Assembly (NCBI GenBank): GCA_950097015.1
Contig: CATNEN010000012.1
Coordinates: forward strand, 2,046,001 to 2,110,000
Length of the DNA: 64,000 nucleotides
Source of the DNA: Macrostomum hystrix
Lineage: Eukaryota > Animalia > Platyhelminthes
Direction of reading: 5' to 3'
Both the position numbers and the translations under genes were made by a program. Below, one piece after another: positions 33,526-46,300 of this stretch. Each line of letters opens with the position of its first letter. Within the stretch, counting starts at the first letter, position 1. Below the pieces are notes generated by a model. It saw only the letters and a list, made by a program, of their open reading frames with translations. It did not search any database and was not told the origin of the DNA.

Positions 33526-35128
33526 TTGCATTTAATAGTATAGCTCATAGATCTGGCGACACAACATTGCTGCGAGCGAAAATGTGGCTCTGCGTTTGCT
33601 CGTAGTCCCATAGGACTAAAATTACGATTACAATGAGTTGAAAATGATCGAACACACCGGAACTAGAGTGGTATATCGAATCTGCCGATGCTGTTAAATT
33701 CTGTCAACTACAGGAGATTCAGACAGTCTGTGAGAGAGAGCATTGCTTGAAAATTGCTAGCCTCTGATAGATTTAAGCGACACTTCAAAATTTGTACTTT
33801 TATTATTGTTGCCTGCGGCTGCAGACAAGCAGAGCTGCAAGCTCGTTTCGGGCAATTTTGTGTTGATTTTCATATTTGTTCTTGGCGCAAGTTTCAACAT
33901 AGACTTGGGGACTGTCAGCAAGAAGTGGTCCAACTGCCACAGGCGGGCCTCGGCCTGCAAGCGGGGGGGCCATTGTTCTTAATTGGTTATTATTTTAGTT
34001 TCTTAAACTAAATGCAGCAGAGAGTTGAGACAGAGAGACAACTGTGCTGCAACTGCTATGAGTTTTTTTACTGCTTCAGACAGCATTTTTCTTCATTTCT
34101 TGTTTTTCTTGCTTTTTGCAGTTTATCTAAGCTGAGAGGGTGACACACCCTGGATACAGGCCATGTCTGGGGTTGGGGACTATATTAGTTGTTTGAGAGC
34201 ACGGCCATAAAGCTCATAAGGGTTTGAGAAGGAGGGAGGGAGGGCTGTATCAGGGTTAGCCGAGGACATGGCAGCCTCAACTACACACACGCATGCATGC
34301 GATGTGGACAAATACTGGCTTGTAGGAAAGACAGACACAGGAGGGTGAGAAAGAAGGAAATACACTTGGGGAATAGCTTTCTTTTTGTGCTAGAAAGGTG
34401 GACAGACAGACTAAAGAGGAAATGAGGGAGCGAAGACATAATCATGGTTATATATTGGCCACCTCTCTTTGTTCCGTATAGGAAAAAAGCCACCCTTGAT
34501 TAATAGTCGGGGAGATTCTAGGTCGCTTGATCTCTTCTTCACGTTCCCCCGGGCTCTGCCTCCCCTTTCTCTTACTCTCTGGCCTTCATGTACTTTGGCT
34601 TGGCTTCAGAATTCAATGCGTTCACTGAGGAGCGAGTGAGTGTGTGCGAGAGAGAGAGAGGGAGAGTTCACACTGAGAAGACTGGCGCCTCCCCTCCCTC
34701 AGAGTTGCGGCCCCGCCATTGGCCTCAGATCGGTTTGGACGCCTTTGTAGGCAGTCAGTTTAGTCCCTTCCCTTCATATTGCTGTTCCCATTCTATGTCT
34801 GTTCCGCCTCTCTGTCTCTCTCTCTCTCAGCCTAAAACTCCCCTCTTTGCCTTTCAAAGCTTTGGCGCCTTCTCATTGGCTGTGGCTGCACACTGTATTA
34901 ACAACAGTTAAGAAACTAAAGTAATATTTCAGTCTGGGCTAGATTGTACATGCCCGATGCAAGCGAGCTAGCCAGAGACAGGCGCAGAGAAAGTCAGAAA
35001 GAGAAATAAACAACTGTAAGCGGAACTCGTCGGAACTGACTAAATAGCGATCCCCAGTTCCTATTCAGAATACGAATTCCTAAATTAGAATGAGGAAACC
35101 TCACTGACTTCCGATTCGAGCTGAGACT

Positions 35129-38100
35129 ATGAATTTGAAGCTGCTGCTGCTGCTGCTGCAGCAGCTTCTGTGCCGACCAGCCGTTGGCTTGTTCCTGCAC
35201 ACCACCTCGGCGATTGTTCGAAGTCCGCCAACAATGCCAACTGAACCGTCTGTAAGATCATTGTTTGGCTATCGAGTCGCTGTAGTTCGCGACAATGACA
35301 GCGGTAAATTCTACCTGCTGGTGACGGATCCCGCTGGCTATCATTCGGACACCAAATTAGCCTCGGGAACGGCGCACCGATGCATCATCAGCTCGGCCGA
35401 CTTCAATTCCAGCGCAGAAATATGCGGCGGCTCCGGCTTGCCGTTCAGCTTCGCGCCACCGCAGTCTGAAGCGCAGAGCGGCTTCGTGAAGTTCTCCCAG
35501 TTTGGCGCCAGCCTGGCCAGCCTGTCAGACGGTCAGTTTGTCGTGTGCGCTCCAGGCTACAATTTCGCCAGTCCAACTTTCAACCTGACGGCTACGCCGG
35601 GCCTATGCGGCTACTGGCGCTCGCCCAGCTCAGAGCCGGTGTGGCTGCACAAATTCTTCCCCTACTTGACCGGCTCCAGGGACGAGAGAGCGTTCGCAAA
35701 CTGCCTCGGTGGCTTCCAGGCTACGCTAACGAGCACTGGCGGCGGCACCCAGCTGACAGTTTCCGGTCCGTTCTGCATGCTTCAGCGCCTCGCCCTTGTT
35801 GTCGACATCGACGCTTCTAACAATGGCAGTGTCGCTTCTAGCACTACATGGAATGTAAATAATTCTTCAAAGCTGGCCAGGCACAAAACTATTCAGAAAA
35901 ACTATCTGGGCTACTCGATGGCTGCCGATGCAGACAGCGGCAACATCTACGCTACGTCACCATTCATTCATGCTGGCTCGTCTCATGCTCACTTGCTGGC
36001 TCGTCTCAGATCCGGCGAACTTGATGCCGATTCCATCGACGCGCAAATCGGCATGCCATTTTATAACCACCTGAATCGCGCATTTAACTACATAGGCTAC
36101 TCCAGCGCCGTGATTAACAGCCCGTTGAAGCAGATAAAAAAGGCACTACTGCTCGGCGCCCCGTTCCAATCGGACGGCATCGGTGCAGATGGCCTAGACC
36201 GCGGCTGTGTTTTCGTCCTGCCACTAGAAGACCACAGAGGGAACCCTATCAACTTGGTGTCTGCGACGCCAGTCCGCTACTGCGGCACGGAGCCAGGCGG
36301 TCGTCTCGGCACTGACGTGCTGGGCATCGGCGACATTAACTACGACGGCATTGAAGACTTCGCGGTCGGCTGTCCCGGCTGTGGCGTCAACGGCAGTGGT
36401 TCGGTCTACCTGTTCCTCGGATTGTCGAACTACGCGAATCCGACTACTCAACTTGTGCCATTCGAGATTGTCGCAGCCGCCGATCTAAAAGGCCTCGCTC
36501 CGAAGCTCAGCGGTTTTGGCTGGAGTCTGGCGCTGGCTCCAGACATGGATGGCAACACCGTCAGTGAGCTAGTGGTCGGCGCCGTGACAAGCCATCACGC
36601 TGTCGTGTTGCCCGGCCGCCTGCTGCTTGTCACGGAGATTGACTACAGCTACGAAAATGCTAAATCTAAAGTCAATTTTAATCCGGACATTCCGATTGAC
36701 TTGTTCATCGAGCAACTTGTCAAACCAGTGGTGGCAACCATCCGCATGCACACGCGGCCTGGTGTGGACCTGTCCAATTACAGTTTCAACCTGCGAGTCC
36801 GGCCGGAGGAACTGGTGAGCACTGAGCAGCAGCGTAGATTTTTAATTCAGCTGACCGACTGTCCGACAGCGTCGAAGCCAGATTCCGACGGCTGGTGCCA
36901 GCTGACAAGAGCACCCGGGCCAACAGCGAACGTGATTCATTTTTCGCTGACTTTCCGCCTGCGTCCACTGCTAAATGGTCTGCGCCACTCTTCGCCCGAG
37001 GACATGCTGCGCGACATCAGCTTGCTCATGCGCTGGAACATCACCGACCGGTCTATCTCGGCTGGCCGACCCGGTGGTCTCTTTCCTGCTGTACTGCACG
37101 GTGGGCGCGTCTTCCCCGGCTACGAGGACGCTTTCTTGACAACGCTGTACCGCTTCAAGACCGGCGTCTGCGCCAAAAACTTTGAATGCGATCCTAGCGG
37201 AAATATTCACATTGAGCTGCTCAGCAGCCCCTCGGTGATGTTGAACACTTACGAGCAGCTGAATGTGAAGCTGCTAATTAATAAGGGCAGCCATTTTCCA
37301 TTCTATGGTGGTACGGCAATTCGACTGATGCCAAGCGACGGTGTACATGTCCTGGACAGTGTAACACTGCGAGAGAAAAATCCCGGCAAGAACGACACAG
37401 TTAGCAAAGCCCGCTACTGGAGCCAGCACGATGAGATCCTGCTGACGGAGCCCTTCCCTGATCCTCCGGACGTCATGACTCGAAAAGGCAGCGGCAAGCT
37501 TGAGGTCACATTGCGACTCAAGTTCGACAGTCGACGCACAGCCTACCGGGTCGGATTTCGCCTGCTGAATCTGCTGGGCGACATCGGCGGCTTCCAAGAT
37601 TTCGTCACCCGCGACAAGAATACATTAGACAACTGGGCTGAGCTGGTTGTCAACTTCAACACCAGCATCAACCTTCGGCTTCTGTCAGCCACCGACGAAT
37701 CTGCAGTTGCGGACGCGCGCCAATCAGCGAGGGAGTCTGACCTGCTGGGCCTTAGAGGCACTACCGCCGCCTCCGTGATCGGGCCGGGCCTGCAGCACAC
37801 TTTTGAGCTATTAGCATCAATGCGGCCGGCGGCGTCTATTCGCGGTATCGGCATCACCGTCCGCGTACCGTTAGTAACGGACCGGGGCCACTTATTGCTT
37901 TACTTTCCCAAGAACTCCATGGCCTGGTCGCATGCCACGGAGACTGGCAGAGCGACCAGCCAGAGCCAGTACCTGCCTGGCCTTCCATTTACTTCGGACG
38001 ATGAAGAAGGCTTCGTTGGGAATTTGGGTCGCGAGTGTCTGCCTTCAGAGCTAGACCTGGCGTTGATGATGTCCCGGCCTCCGCTGACGCTGCTGGAAAG

Positions 38101-38737
38101 CCAGCACGAGGTCAATATGTTCAACAGCTACAGCGTCAAGACATCCAGCGAAAACGCAACGTCAAGTGGGAGCCACGGCGCTCGGCATCGTCGCAACTCA
38201 CCAGATGACACTTCGCCGACGTCCCAAGCGTCTACTTCTACGTCACCAACGCCGCCATCCGAGCCGACATTCGACTGCGACCGACCTGAGCTGGCACCTC
38301 TGCCGTTCCGCTGTGTCACTTTCAACTGTCCAGTGCGCGAGCTCGGCCGCAATGGCATCAGAGTCGTCGACCGCGTCTTTCTGCACGTGCATGCGCGCCT
38401 CTGGTCGCCAACCTTCTTCCGGCATCACCTCGGTCGATTCAACATAAGGTCGAGCGTCAGGCTGACACTGCCGCCAACTGAGATGTCAGCCTTTCGTCAC
38501 GTTGTTGTCGCTGGAAATTCCAGCGTCCTGCAGACTTTCCTGTTTCTGAACATCCGGCCGCCCATCGTCGATCGAGTACCCTGGGGCTACATCATCCTTG
38601 CCATCTTCCTGGGCATCTGGTTGCTTCTGCTGCTAATACTGCTGCTCTGGTATTGCAATTTCTTTCGGCGAAAGACGCCACAGGACTACAATTCTGTGCC
38701 GCAGAAGGACGCCAACGATGACGACTTTTATCGATGA
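35129..38737 (+). CDS. Integrin alpha subunit, single exon, 1202 aa (no alpha-I domain)
   Basis: Leu-rich signal peptide; seven FG-GAP-like blades (LFGYRV, QFGASL..VVCAPG, CLGGFQ, YLGYSM, YIGYS..LLGAP, LGTDV..DINYDGIEDFAVGCP, FGWSL..DMDGNTVSELVVGA); furin-type RHRR; TM helix; cytoplasmic NFFRR (GFFKR-like) and a short tail. Confidence 0.95.
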   Translation: MNLKLLLLLLQQLLCRPAVGLFLHTTSAIVRSPPTMPTEPSVRSLFGYRVAVVRDNDSGKFYLLVTDPAGYHSDTKLASGTAHRCIISSADFNSSAEICGGSGLPFSFAPPQSEAQSGFVKFSQFGASLASLSDGQFVVCAPGYNFASPTFNLTATPGLCGYWRSPSSEPVWLHKFFPYLTGSRDERAFANCLGGFQATLTSTGGGTQLTVSGPFCMLQRLALVVDIDASNNGSVASSTTWNVNNSSKLARHKTIQKNYLGYSMAADADSGNIYATSPFIHAGSSHAHLLARLRSGELDADSIDAQIGMPFYNHLNRAFNYIGYSSAVINSPLKQIKKALLLGAPFQSDGIGADGLDRGCVFVLPLEDHRGNPINLVSATPVRYCGTEPGGRLGTDVLGIGDINYDGIEDFAVGCPGCGVNGSGSVYLFLGLSNYANPTTQLVPFEIVAAADLKGLAPKLSGFGWSLALAPDMDGNTVSELVVGAVTSHHAVVLPGRLLLVTEIDYSYENAKSKVNFNPDIPIDLFIEQLVKPVVATIRMHTRPGVDLSNYSFNLRVRPEELVSTEQQRRFLIQLTDCPTASKPDSDGWCQLTRAPGPTANVIHFSLTFRLRPLLNGLRHSSPEDMLRDISLLMRWNITDRSISAGRPGGLFPAVLHGGRVFPGYEDAFLTTLYRFKTGVCAKNFECDPSGNIHIELLSSPSVMLNTYEQLNVKLLINKGSHFPFYGGTAIRLMPSDGVHVLDSVTLREKNPGKNDTVSKARYWSQHDEILLTEPFPDPPDVMTRKGSGKLEVTLRLKFDSRRTAYRVGFRLLNLLGDIGGFQDFVTRDKNTLDNWAELVVNFNTSINLRLLSATDESAVADARQSARESDLLGLRGTTAASVIGPGLQHTFELLASMRPAASIRGIGITVRVPLVTDRGHLLLYFPKNSMAWSHATETGRATSQSQYLPGLPFTSDDEEGFVGNLGRECLPSELDLALMMSRPPLTLLESQHEVNMFNSYSVKTSSENATSSGSHGARHRRNSPDDTSPTSQASTSTSPTPPSEPTFDCDRPELAPLPFRCVTFNCPVRELGRNGIRVVDRVFLHVHARLWSPTFFRHHLGRFNIRSSVRLTLPPTEMSAFRHVVVAGNSSVLQTFLFLNIRPPIVDRVPWGYIILAIFLGIWLLLLLILLLWYCNFFRRKTPQDYNSVPQKDANDDDFYR

Positions 38738-41204
38738 TCATGGCGCAGCTACTAAAACTGCTCCTGGTCTACCAGATGTTTTCTTATTGTTTAATTTAAT
38801 CAGTTATAGATAAGCCTTGCGTCCCTGGAGAGGTGACTTTACAAAGAAATTTCCAATCTTTGAAAAGTTGCAATTAATTACTTTTGGGATTTTTGGAGGG
38901 GAGTTAATCTGAAGTTGTGAATTTGGCATGACAGTAAGTTTGCGGTGTTAAGAAGCAGGACTGAGAAATCCTTATCTCTAGCTGTTGCCTCTCCAGACTG
39001 TCTTCCCAAAGTCTTTGTAATTCTAGGGTTAAAGTGTTCCACTTTTTGCATCATTCTGCTAGCAACAATTCTCTTTGTTGATATTGTTTGACACCTATCT
39101 TGCATTCAGAATTATATTTTACTAATTGTAGGCTAGTAGCTTTGGGTCGCCGACCTCCCTCGAGACTGCTTATTCTACAAACTTTGCCATTGCTTTTGCA
39201 TGCTTGTGCAATTAGCTTGCTACACTACTGTTTTAGTAGCATTATTCGGTCATGTTATTCAGTGTGGCTACAATAGCTTATTCGATAATCTACTTTACCG
39301 TTCTAATTTTCAAATCAATAATAGTTAATACTAAGCAAATTATGGGCCAGAATAATGCCTCCATACCTTACTTTTAAGTTACTTTTGAGTCATTTCTAGT
39401 TTTTTACATAATGCGCTTGCTTTGATCGCTAGTTTTCACGATGCCTCTTTAATAAGTTTTCTCGTTTCTCAGAATAGTTCTAACTTTCTGTTCGCTATTT
39501 GCTTGCCAGTCAGTAATAGGACACACTACATTTGATCGATCTCTGAACTGAATTTTTAACGGCATATATTTTATATAGAGTTAAGTCGCGAACATTTTTC
39601 TCTATCATTTCTCGCGATGATTAGTTGCTTTAGGCATTAAGCCACAATGCTATCAATATAACTACATATATTTGCAGCAAAGCATTCATTTATTTGTAAT
39701 TATTGATATTTCTTACCTAAACTAGCCATTATGCAAATATAAAACATTTTCCCTCCTCCATTAACAAAATCGCTTGGTATATTCTTATCTTATATAAATA
39801 TCTGAAAATAAGACGTAGATAAACATATAATAAAGACTTTAAATATGACAATTTTCACTTACCAAACTAAACTGTATACCCAGTTGTTGAAGTTACTATT
39901 TATAAAAAATTACTGTTATTTTAATCAAACTTACACGAGGTTCAAAAAGTGAAAAATGAAGCTATTTCTATAATTTCTAGGACTAGGTTAAATTTGAAAT
40001 CCAAAAAATTTAAATTTTGCTTGCTTCTTGTGCAATCACTATCTACGAGTATTCTAAAAATTTTCCCGCTAGAAAACAATAGAAAACGCGGCTGATAAAT
40101 TCATAAATGATAATTTTCGATATGGGCTGGCAAGACTTCCCATGGTAGAGAAACCGAAGGAATAAACTTTAAAATGTTTCCTAAAGCATTTTCTAGGCAT
40201 AACTTACTTTGAGTTAAGTAACACGACGTGACACGACGAAATATATATGTTATTAAAAACGAATTTTAATTATTTTAACACATTGAAGCAAAGAAATTTG
40301 CACATTTTTTAAAACAAAACAATTATTAATAACAGGGTATTTAGTTTTGCATAGGCCACAATTCACAAAATAAAAAAACTATTAATAAGCAAAACAAAAG
40401 ACAATACAAAAATTACAGCTGAAAATACTCGCTCTATAGACTACTGACACCCTAGTAGTCAGATTTGACTGCGTATTAAACAAAAAATCAATGAGCGAGA
40501 AATCAAGAATGAAAATCTAAATCAATAATAATTTAGAACAGACGGAAGGAAGGTGTAGCAGCAATCTTAGCGGCCAAACAGACAGTTGTAGAATAATACT
40601 TGTAATCGGATGCAGAATAACATTTGTAAGTAGAACTATTTGGTAGATCATAAATTGCATAGACAGCATATACGGGTGGATGTCTGTAGCTTTGTAGAAG
40701 CTGAAATCACTGTAAACCTAATCCAAGCAAATATAGTACGATTTTCTTCACATAAGCTATTGCCTTGCATTTTCCTTCTAAAAGTGGCTGCACCTCTGCG
40801 CACAATTCAGTGGCCTGACAATTTTAAGTTGGACAAAACAGCCGTTTCCTGCCCTCTACTAATTACCCTGCACCTTTGCACTTCCTATACTTATTGAGGT
40901 CTTGCTAAAGTAGGAAATTCTCAACAGTCTTGTGGATGATTCTGAGCTTATGACATTGCTACGTGCTCGTATGTGTGATGTGATACTAATACTAAAATGC
41001 AATTAAAGATCAGTCTTCCTGGAAGCGCTTCATAAACCCGTAGCACAGGGAACTATAGGTAACACAAGAAGCCTGATGATACAAGGAATCAGGTAACATA
41101 TGGAAACGTGTAAGACGGGGGTGCCTTGTAACAGTGTAGCAGAGTAAAACCTATAAATTCTGGGATCAACCCTGAACAAACTGATGCATTCCCGTATTCG
41201 AGCA

Positions 41205-43381
41205 TCAAAGCTGCACCGGTTTGTCAACAAACCAGCGTCTTCGTTGAAAGAATCCGCAACGATAAAGGCAGGTGATTATGACCGCCAGTAGCAGCAGCCC
41301 AACAAGTACGGCCACCAGAACGGCCACGAGCGGCACACGATAGGCCGGACGAGCTGTGACGCCGCGGAAGAAGAAAAACTGTTCAACACTGGCCGAGGCT
41401 GGCGGCTCCGAAGACCCTGGCGTTTGCGATAGAGACGATAGCCCGTAGGGCGCAGGCCCCACAGCGACGGCTGCCAAGCTCGAGCGCATTTGCACCTCGG
41501 GCACCCGGAAGCGGAACAGGGTGTCCGCCCACAGTAGGCCGTCAAAAACCACTCGGGCACCCTCCGTGGCGTTTATTCGGGGAATTCGGCATTGGATGAC
41601 GGCGCATCTGATGGTGCCGAAAGCGTCCGAGTTGCGGCCGGCGCACTCAACCGGTTCCAGCGGTGCCCGACCGCTCCCGCTGCCGCCGCCACCAAACAAT
41701 GAAGAGCGCTCCTTCATCTGCTGCTGCCTTTCAGCCGCTTCCAGCTTTGCCTCCGCTGACGGAGATGCCACTACCGCTCGGCGTTGCCTACCTGACGGAG
41801 TCGGCGGCGAACTGGTCGACGGAGTACCTTTCATGGCGATCTCAGCCTCGCGCCACAGCGTCAGGTTCAGCGGATTCAGCAGCTGGGTATAGCTGCAGAA
41901 GGCGCCAGTCAACGGCCTGTCCGAGGTCGCCTCGAGAACCCTCGGCCCGGCGGCGAGCAGTTCCCATTGCCGCTCTGCAGTAGCCAGCGACAGCTTGTCC
42001 AGCAGGTAGACCAGCGTGTCGCCAGACTCAGTTTGAATTGGAACAGTCAGATTAACCTCGATGTTGTGCATCGGTGATGGCCCGGCGTTAAACAGCTCAT
42101 AGCTGTGATTGAAATGCGCTCCCAGTGTTTCTAGCCGATAGCGCCGTCGGGCCAGTGGCGGCACCGCTTCCGTGCGCGTGTCGATTACCACGTCACGGCT
42201 GGCAACTGCCGCTGTCAGGCGCAGTTGGGCCTTGCTGAATATGGCGAAGCTTATCGACGCTGAGCTGCGCGCTCCTCCGGCTTCTTCACCCGCCTCCGTT
42301 AATGCAGCCTCCTGGCATGTGACTTCAGCCTGGACGGTGAAGTTTGACTCGCCACCGGCATCCAGATGATCGCCTAGAGACAGGTCTGCCGTGACGACTA
42401 GCGGACTGCCGTAGGGAGCCAGCTGACGGCCCAGAGAGCAGGCCAGGATTCGATCACGCACAACAGCATCTTCGGCAGACTCGCTGCAACTGATCTCGTC
42501 GGCAAAGGCGCGATCATCTGTCTGCCACTGGACTCCTACACGAGCCGGCAGGCGAAATCGCAGCAGCGGCTCGTGCGCCGCCTCTCCATCGTTAGTAACA
42601 ATGGCCTTCAGCCGCAACCGGGTGCCGCGCTCCCCACCGTAGACTACGATTCCTTCTCCGGTGGTATCGTCTCCGTCCAAGTCGCCGAGGCTACTTCGCT
42701 GGAGCTGCAGGCCGAGCCGCGGCCGGCAGACATTGTCCGGTCCGCACTCCGGCCGCAGTGGCTGCATCTGGGGAAAGTCTGTCACAGTATCTGAGGCCGG
42801 ATGCAGCGCCGGACGCATTGCCGAGGCATTTTTACCGGACTGCGGCGGCCAGTCACTGAACTGCCAGGCAGGCGTGAGCCGCAGCTGAGCTACGATTTGG
42901 GTGACAATGTCGGCCCGCACTGCCGTCGGCACAATGTCGGCGACCTCCAGAAACACGAAGCTTTTGTTACAGGCGATGCTCACTCTGCGGAGGACGATAC
43001 CACTGCTGCCGTTGCTGTTGGTCGCGTTGCTCGAGGCCGAGCGCAGGCGCTTCCTGGCAGCCAGGCGGCTGTCTAGGTCTAGCTGCATCTCCACTTCCAA
43101 CTGTCGGCCGGCGAGGTCGACCCGACTGCCGCAGACCAGCTTGAACTCTCCCTCAAGTCGAATTTGACAGTCGTCAGAGGCGGTTGCCGCGGCCAAGCCG
43201 CCGCATTTTCGAACGTCAATAAGCGCTGGCGCGCGCAGACTGCCTGCGTCGACACTGAGCCTCACAGCCGGCCTTGTCTTGTACAGGGTGATGGCGCCGC
43301 TGCTGTGCGAACCGACCAGCACATCTGTATAGCCGTTGCCGTCAAAGTCGACGCCGCCGCTAATGGACCAGCCGAATTGTT
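41205..43381 (-). CDS. Integrin alpha (minus) exon 2: blade 7, thigh/calf domains, TM and tail
   Basis: ORF 41205..43424 trimmed to the CCGCAG acceptor. Confidence 0.93.
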
Positions 43382-46300
43382 CTGCGGAGGTTTGAGAATG
43401 GAATGATGTCATAGTGCTGTTCATATGGGCTAGAAATGGTGACAGTTTATTTTACCGTGTTGTTTTTCCACCAGCAAAAAAAACCTCTCTTGGTTATAGC
43501 TCGTAATTAGCTCACAGTTGGCATTGCACTGCAGTAAATCTGGTGCCAACTCAATAAACACTGCACCGGATTAGGAAATTATCACATGAGCGATAAAATG
43601 GCATTGCTATAGTAGACACAAGGAGTACTGCTGCACTTTTTCAATTTGGCGGCTGATGCGCAAGCTGAGAATGTTTCTATTGCATCGCAGCTTTTATTAA
43701 TTATTTCCTACTATCTGAAATAGTGTTGCTTCACACTTCCGTTTATGTCTCTCCTAATTTTGTGCCGACAGCATCAATTGCTGACTTTTTTGTCAATCAT
43801 TCTTGGAAAGCTAACTTAAAAGATATACCCACTGTTATAGTTTAATTATAGGGTATATGTTTACTACATAGATCCCCTACCTCCCATGTCTGTCCCTCCC
43901 CTTCCCTGTCCGTCCATCTTCCTCCCTGTCTGTCCATCTTTCTTCCGTGTCTGTCCATCTTCCTTCCCTGTCTGTCCATCTTTCTTCCGTGTCTGTCCAT
44001 CTTCCTTCCCTGTCTGTCCATATTTCTTCCCTGTCTGTCCATATTTCCTCCCTATCTGTCCATCTTCCTTCCTGTCTGTCCATCCTTCTTCCCTATCTGT
44101 CCATCTTCCTTCCCTGTCTGTCCATCTTCCTCCCTGTCTGTCCATCTTCCTCCCTATCTGTCCATCTTCCTCCCTGTCTGTCCATCTTCCTTCCCTATCT
44201 GTCCATCTTCCTTCCCTGTCTATCCATCTTCCTCCCTGTCCGTTCATCTTCCTCCCTGTCTGTCCATCTTTCTTCCCTGTCTGTCCATCTTCCTCCCTGT
44301 CTGTCCATCTTTCTTCCCTGTCTGTCCATCTTCCTCCCTGTCTGTCCATCTTTCTTCACTGTCTGTCCATCTTCCTCCCTGTCTTTCCATTTTAGCAGTC
44401 TACTATGCAATGCTTCTACCTCCCATGACTTTCTCTCCTGTTCCTGGCTCTTCCTCTGCAAGCATAAATATCAAGACGCTCTTGGCTACTGCAAGCTCAC
44501 TCACTGTTCAACTGAGCGCAAATTCGCAAGCCTACTTACTAGAAAAAAAGCCAAATAATCGTATTTGTCGACTCAAACTAAACTCGTTCAGGGCTGCTAC
44601 TCAGGACTGTGGGATCAGCAAGACCAATCGACGCGATTTCCCTCGACCACTACTCAAACACTGGGGTGTATTCTGGATGGATTTTCTGGAACAGGGCCCG
44701 CTGATGGAAGTTGGGATTTCACGGAATAGATGAAATAGCAAGAAAGAGGACGCGTAGCAAGTTCTTTCTGTGCGTAATTAGATCCCGGTTCGAATGCACG
44801 AAAGCTCTATGCATAATGCGCACTGCAGTCTTTGATGCTTAAATGCACTGATTGATAAAATGCCATTAATTTGCGCAATGAACAATAAAATAATTATTAT
44901 TTGTCGCGAAGAAATGATGGAAAAAAATTGACTGTTAGCTGATCCTGGAGTCCCATGGCAGACCTTGTTAGAAGTTTCGCGTCTTCTTCTTGAAGATCCG
45001 CCTACAGTCGCCATCTTTCGGGTCCATCTTTCATAAAAGTTTTTTGTCAACCCGGCCAAATGGAATAATCAAGTAAAAATCTAAAGCAGACAAGAGGAGC
45101 CCCTACTGCTTTGTGTACGAATGAAGTGGTATGGAGCCAATCCCCTCAGGAAAATACGTGATCGGATCTTGGCCAACTAAGCAGAGGCCCCGGTGGGACT
45201 GTCGAAGATTGAACTTTGCGGCGAGGCCCACTTTTTTGTCTCCTTTCGCCTTCCGTAGCCGAAGGCCCTAAAAAGGGCTTGTTCAAGCTGAACTTTCGAT
45301 CGCATTACATATGGCTTTGACCCGCTTGCTTAATATACCTACACTCGCAATCCCCTTGGTGTATTTCTTAGTCCTCCACTGAAAGCCTGCTTGGTGGCAT
45401 TTGCTAGCGCGCGTGTCCTTTTATATTTAGCATTTAGCATAACCCCTGGCAACTTTTGCTTATGACTTGTGACTTCACACACAGCTCCACACCATAGCCT
45501 TACCTGTCTGTCTATCTCACCCTCAGTAGACTTTGGCTTTGATCTATCTCTCTACGTTTTTTTCTATATCTGCCTCACTCTTCATCTCTCTTCCCTCTCA
45601 TCTCCCTTCTCTCTACCTCTATCTATCCACCGTATCCATATCCTTTCCCAGCTCCCTTCTCTCCCTTCTTTATAAAGTTAGACTGCATGAAGGTGTTCAT
45701 AATCATCCGAAATGACTACACCTTTTTGTGTGGCCTGGTCCTGGTCTGGTCTTGCGACTCTCTCAGGCCCAACTGTTCATGCCTCCCTGTTAGACACCGC
45801 TTAGCGAAACTATAAGTCAAAGCATTTTAGCCTCGCCAGCTGTCAGGCTTGAATCTGCCGCAGCCTATATTCTACAATAGGAAGCCGCGATTGTCAGTAC
45901 AGCATTCGCAAACAACCCAGTCGCAATGGCATCAACCACTACGGCTGGAATTCCTTCATGGGAGGGAGAGAGAGGCAGAGACAGATGCAGAAAGATTTGT
46001 TTGGTCCGCGTTCACATACGTTATTTCCATTTTCAAACGCCGAAGAACCCTAAAACAAGTTTCATAAGCAACTGTTGTTTTTCACATATACCTTTGTCCG
46101 CCTATTGAACAGAGTTACCTTTACTTCAGGGCTTTTGTTCAATTATCTGTCTGTTCCAGATCGCTGTACACTTATTTCCAATGATTTCTGCGTATCATAT
46201 CTGGCGATTTCAATTTGAAAACTAAGCGAGTATTGTGGCTAGCAGGAAAGAATATAGCGAGATGTGAAGGGAGATCTAGTGAAAGACAGACAGACAGAGA

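Noticed and set aside
29064-33611. Long ORFs of 739-912 aa and 308-331 aa
   Set aside because: They are translations of the 22-bp and 19/22-bp satellites; all frames give permutations of the same peptide.
44560-45460. Possible transposon remnant in the integrin intron
   Set aside because: No recognisable domain, TIR or TSD by eye.
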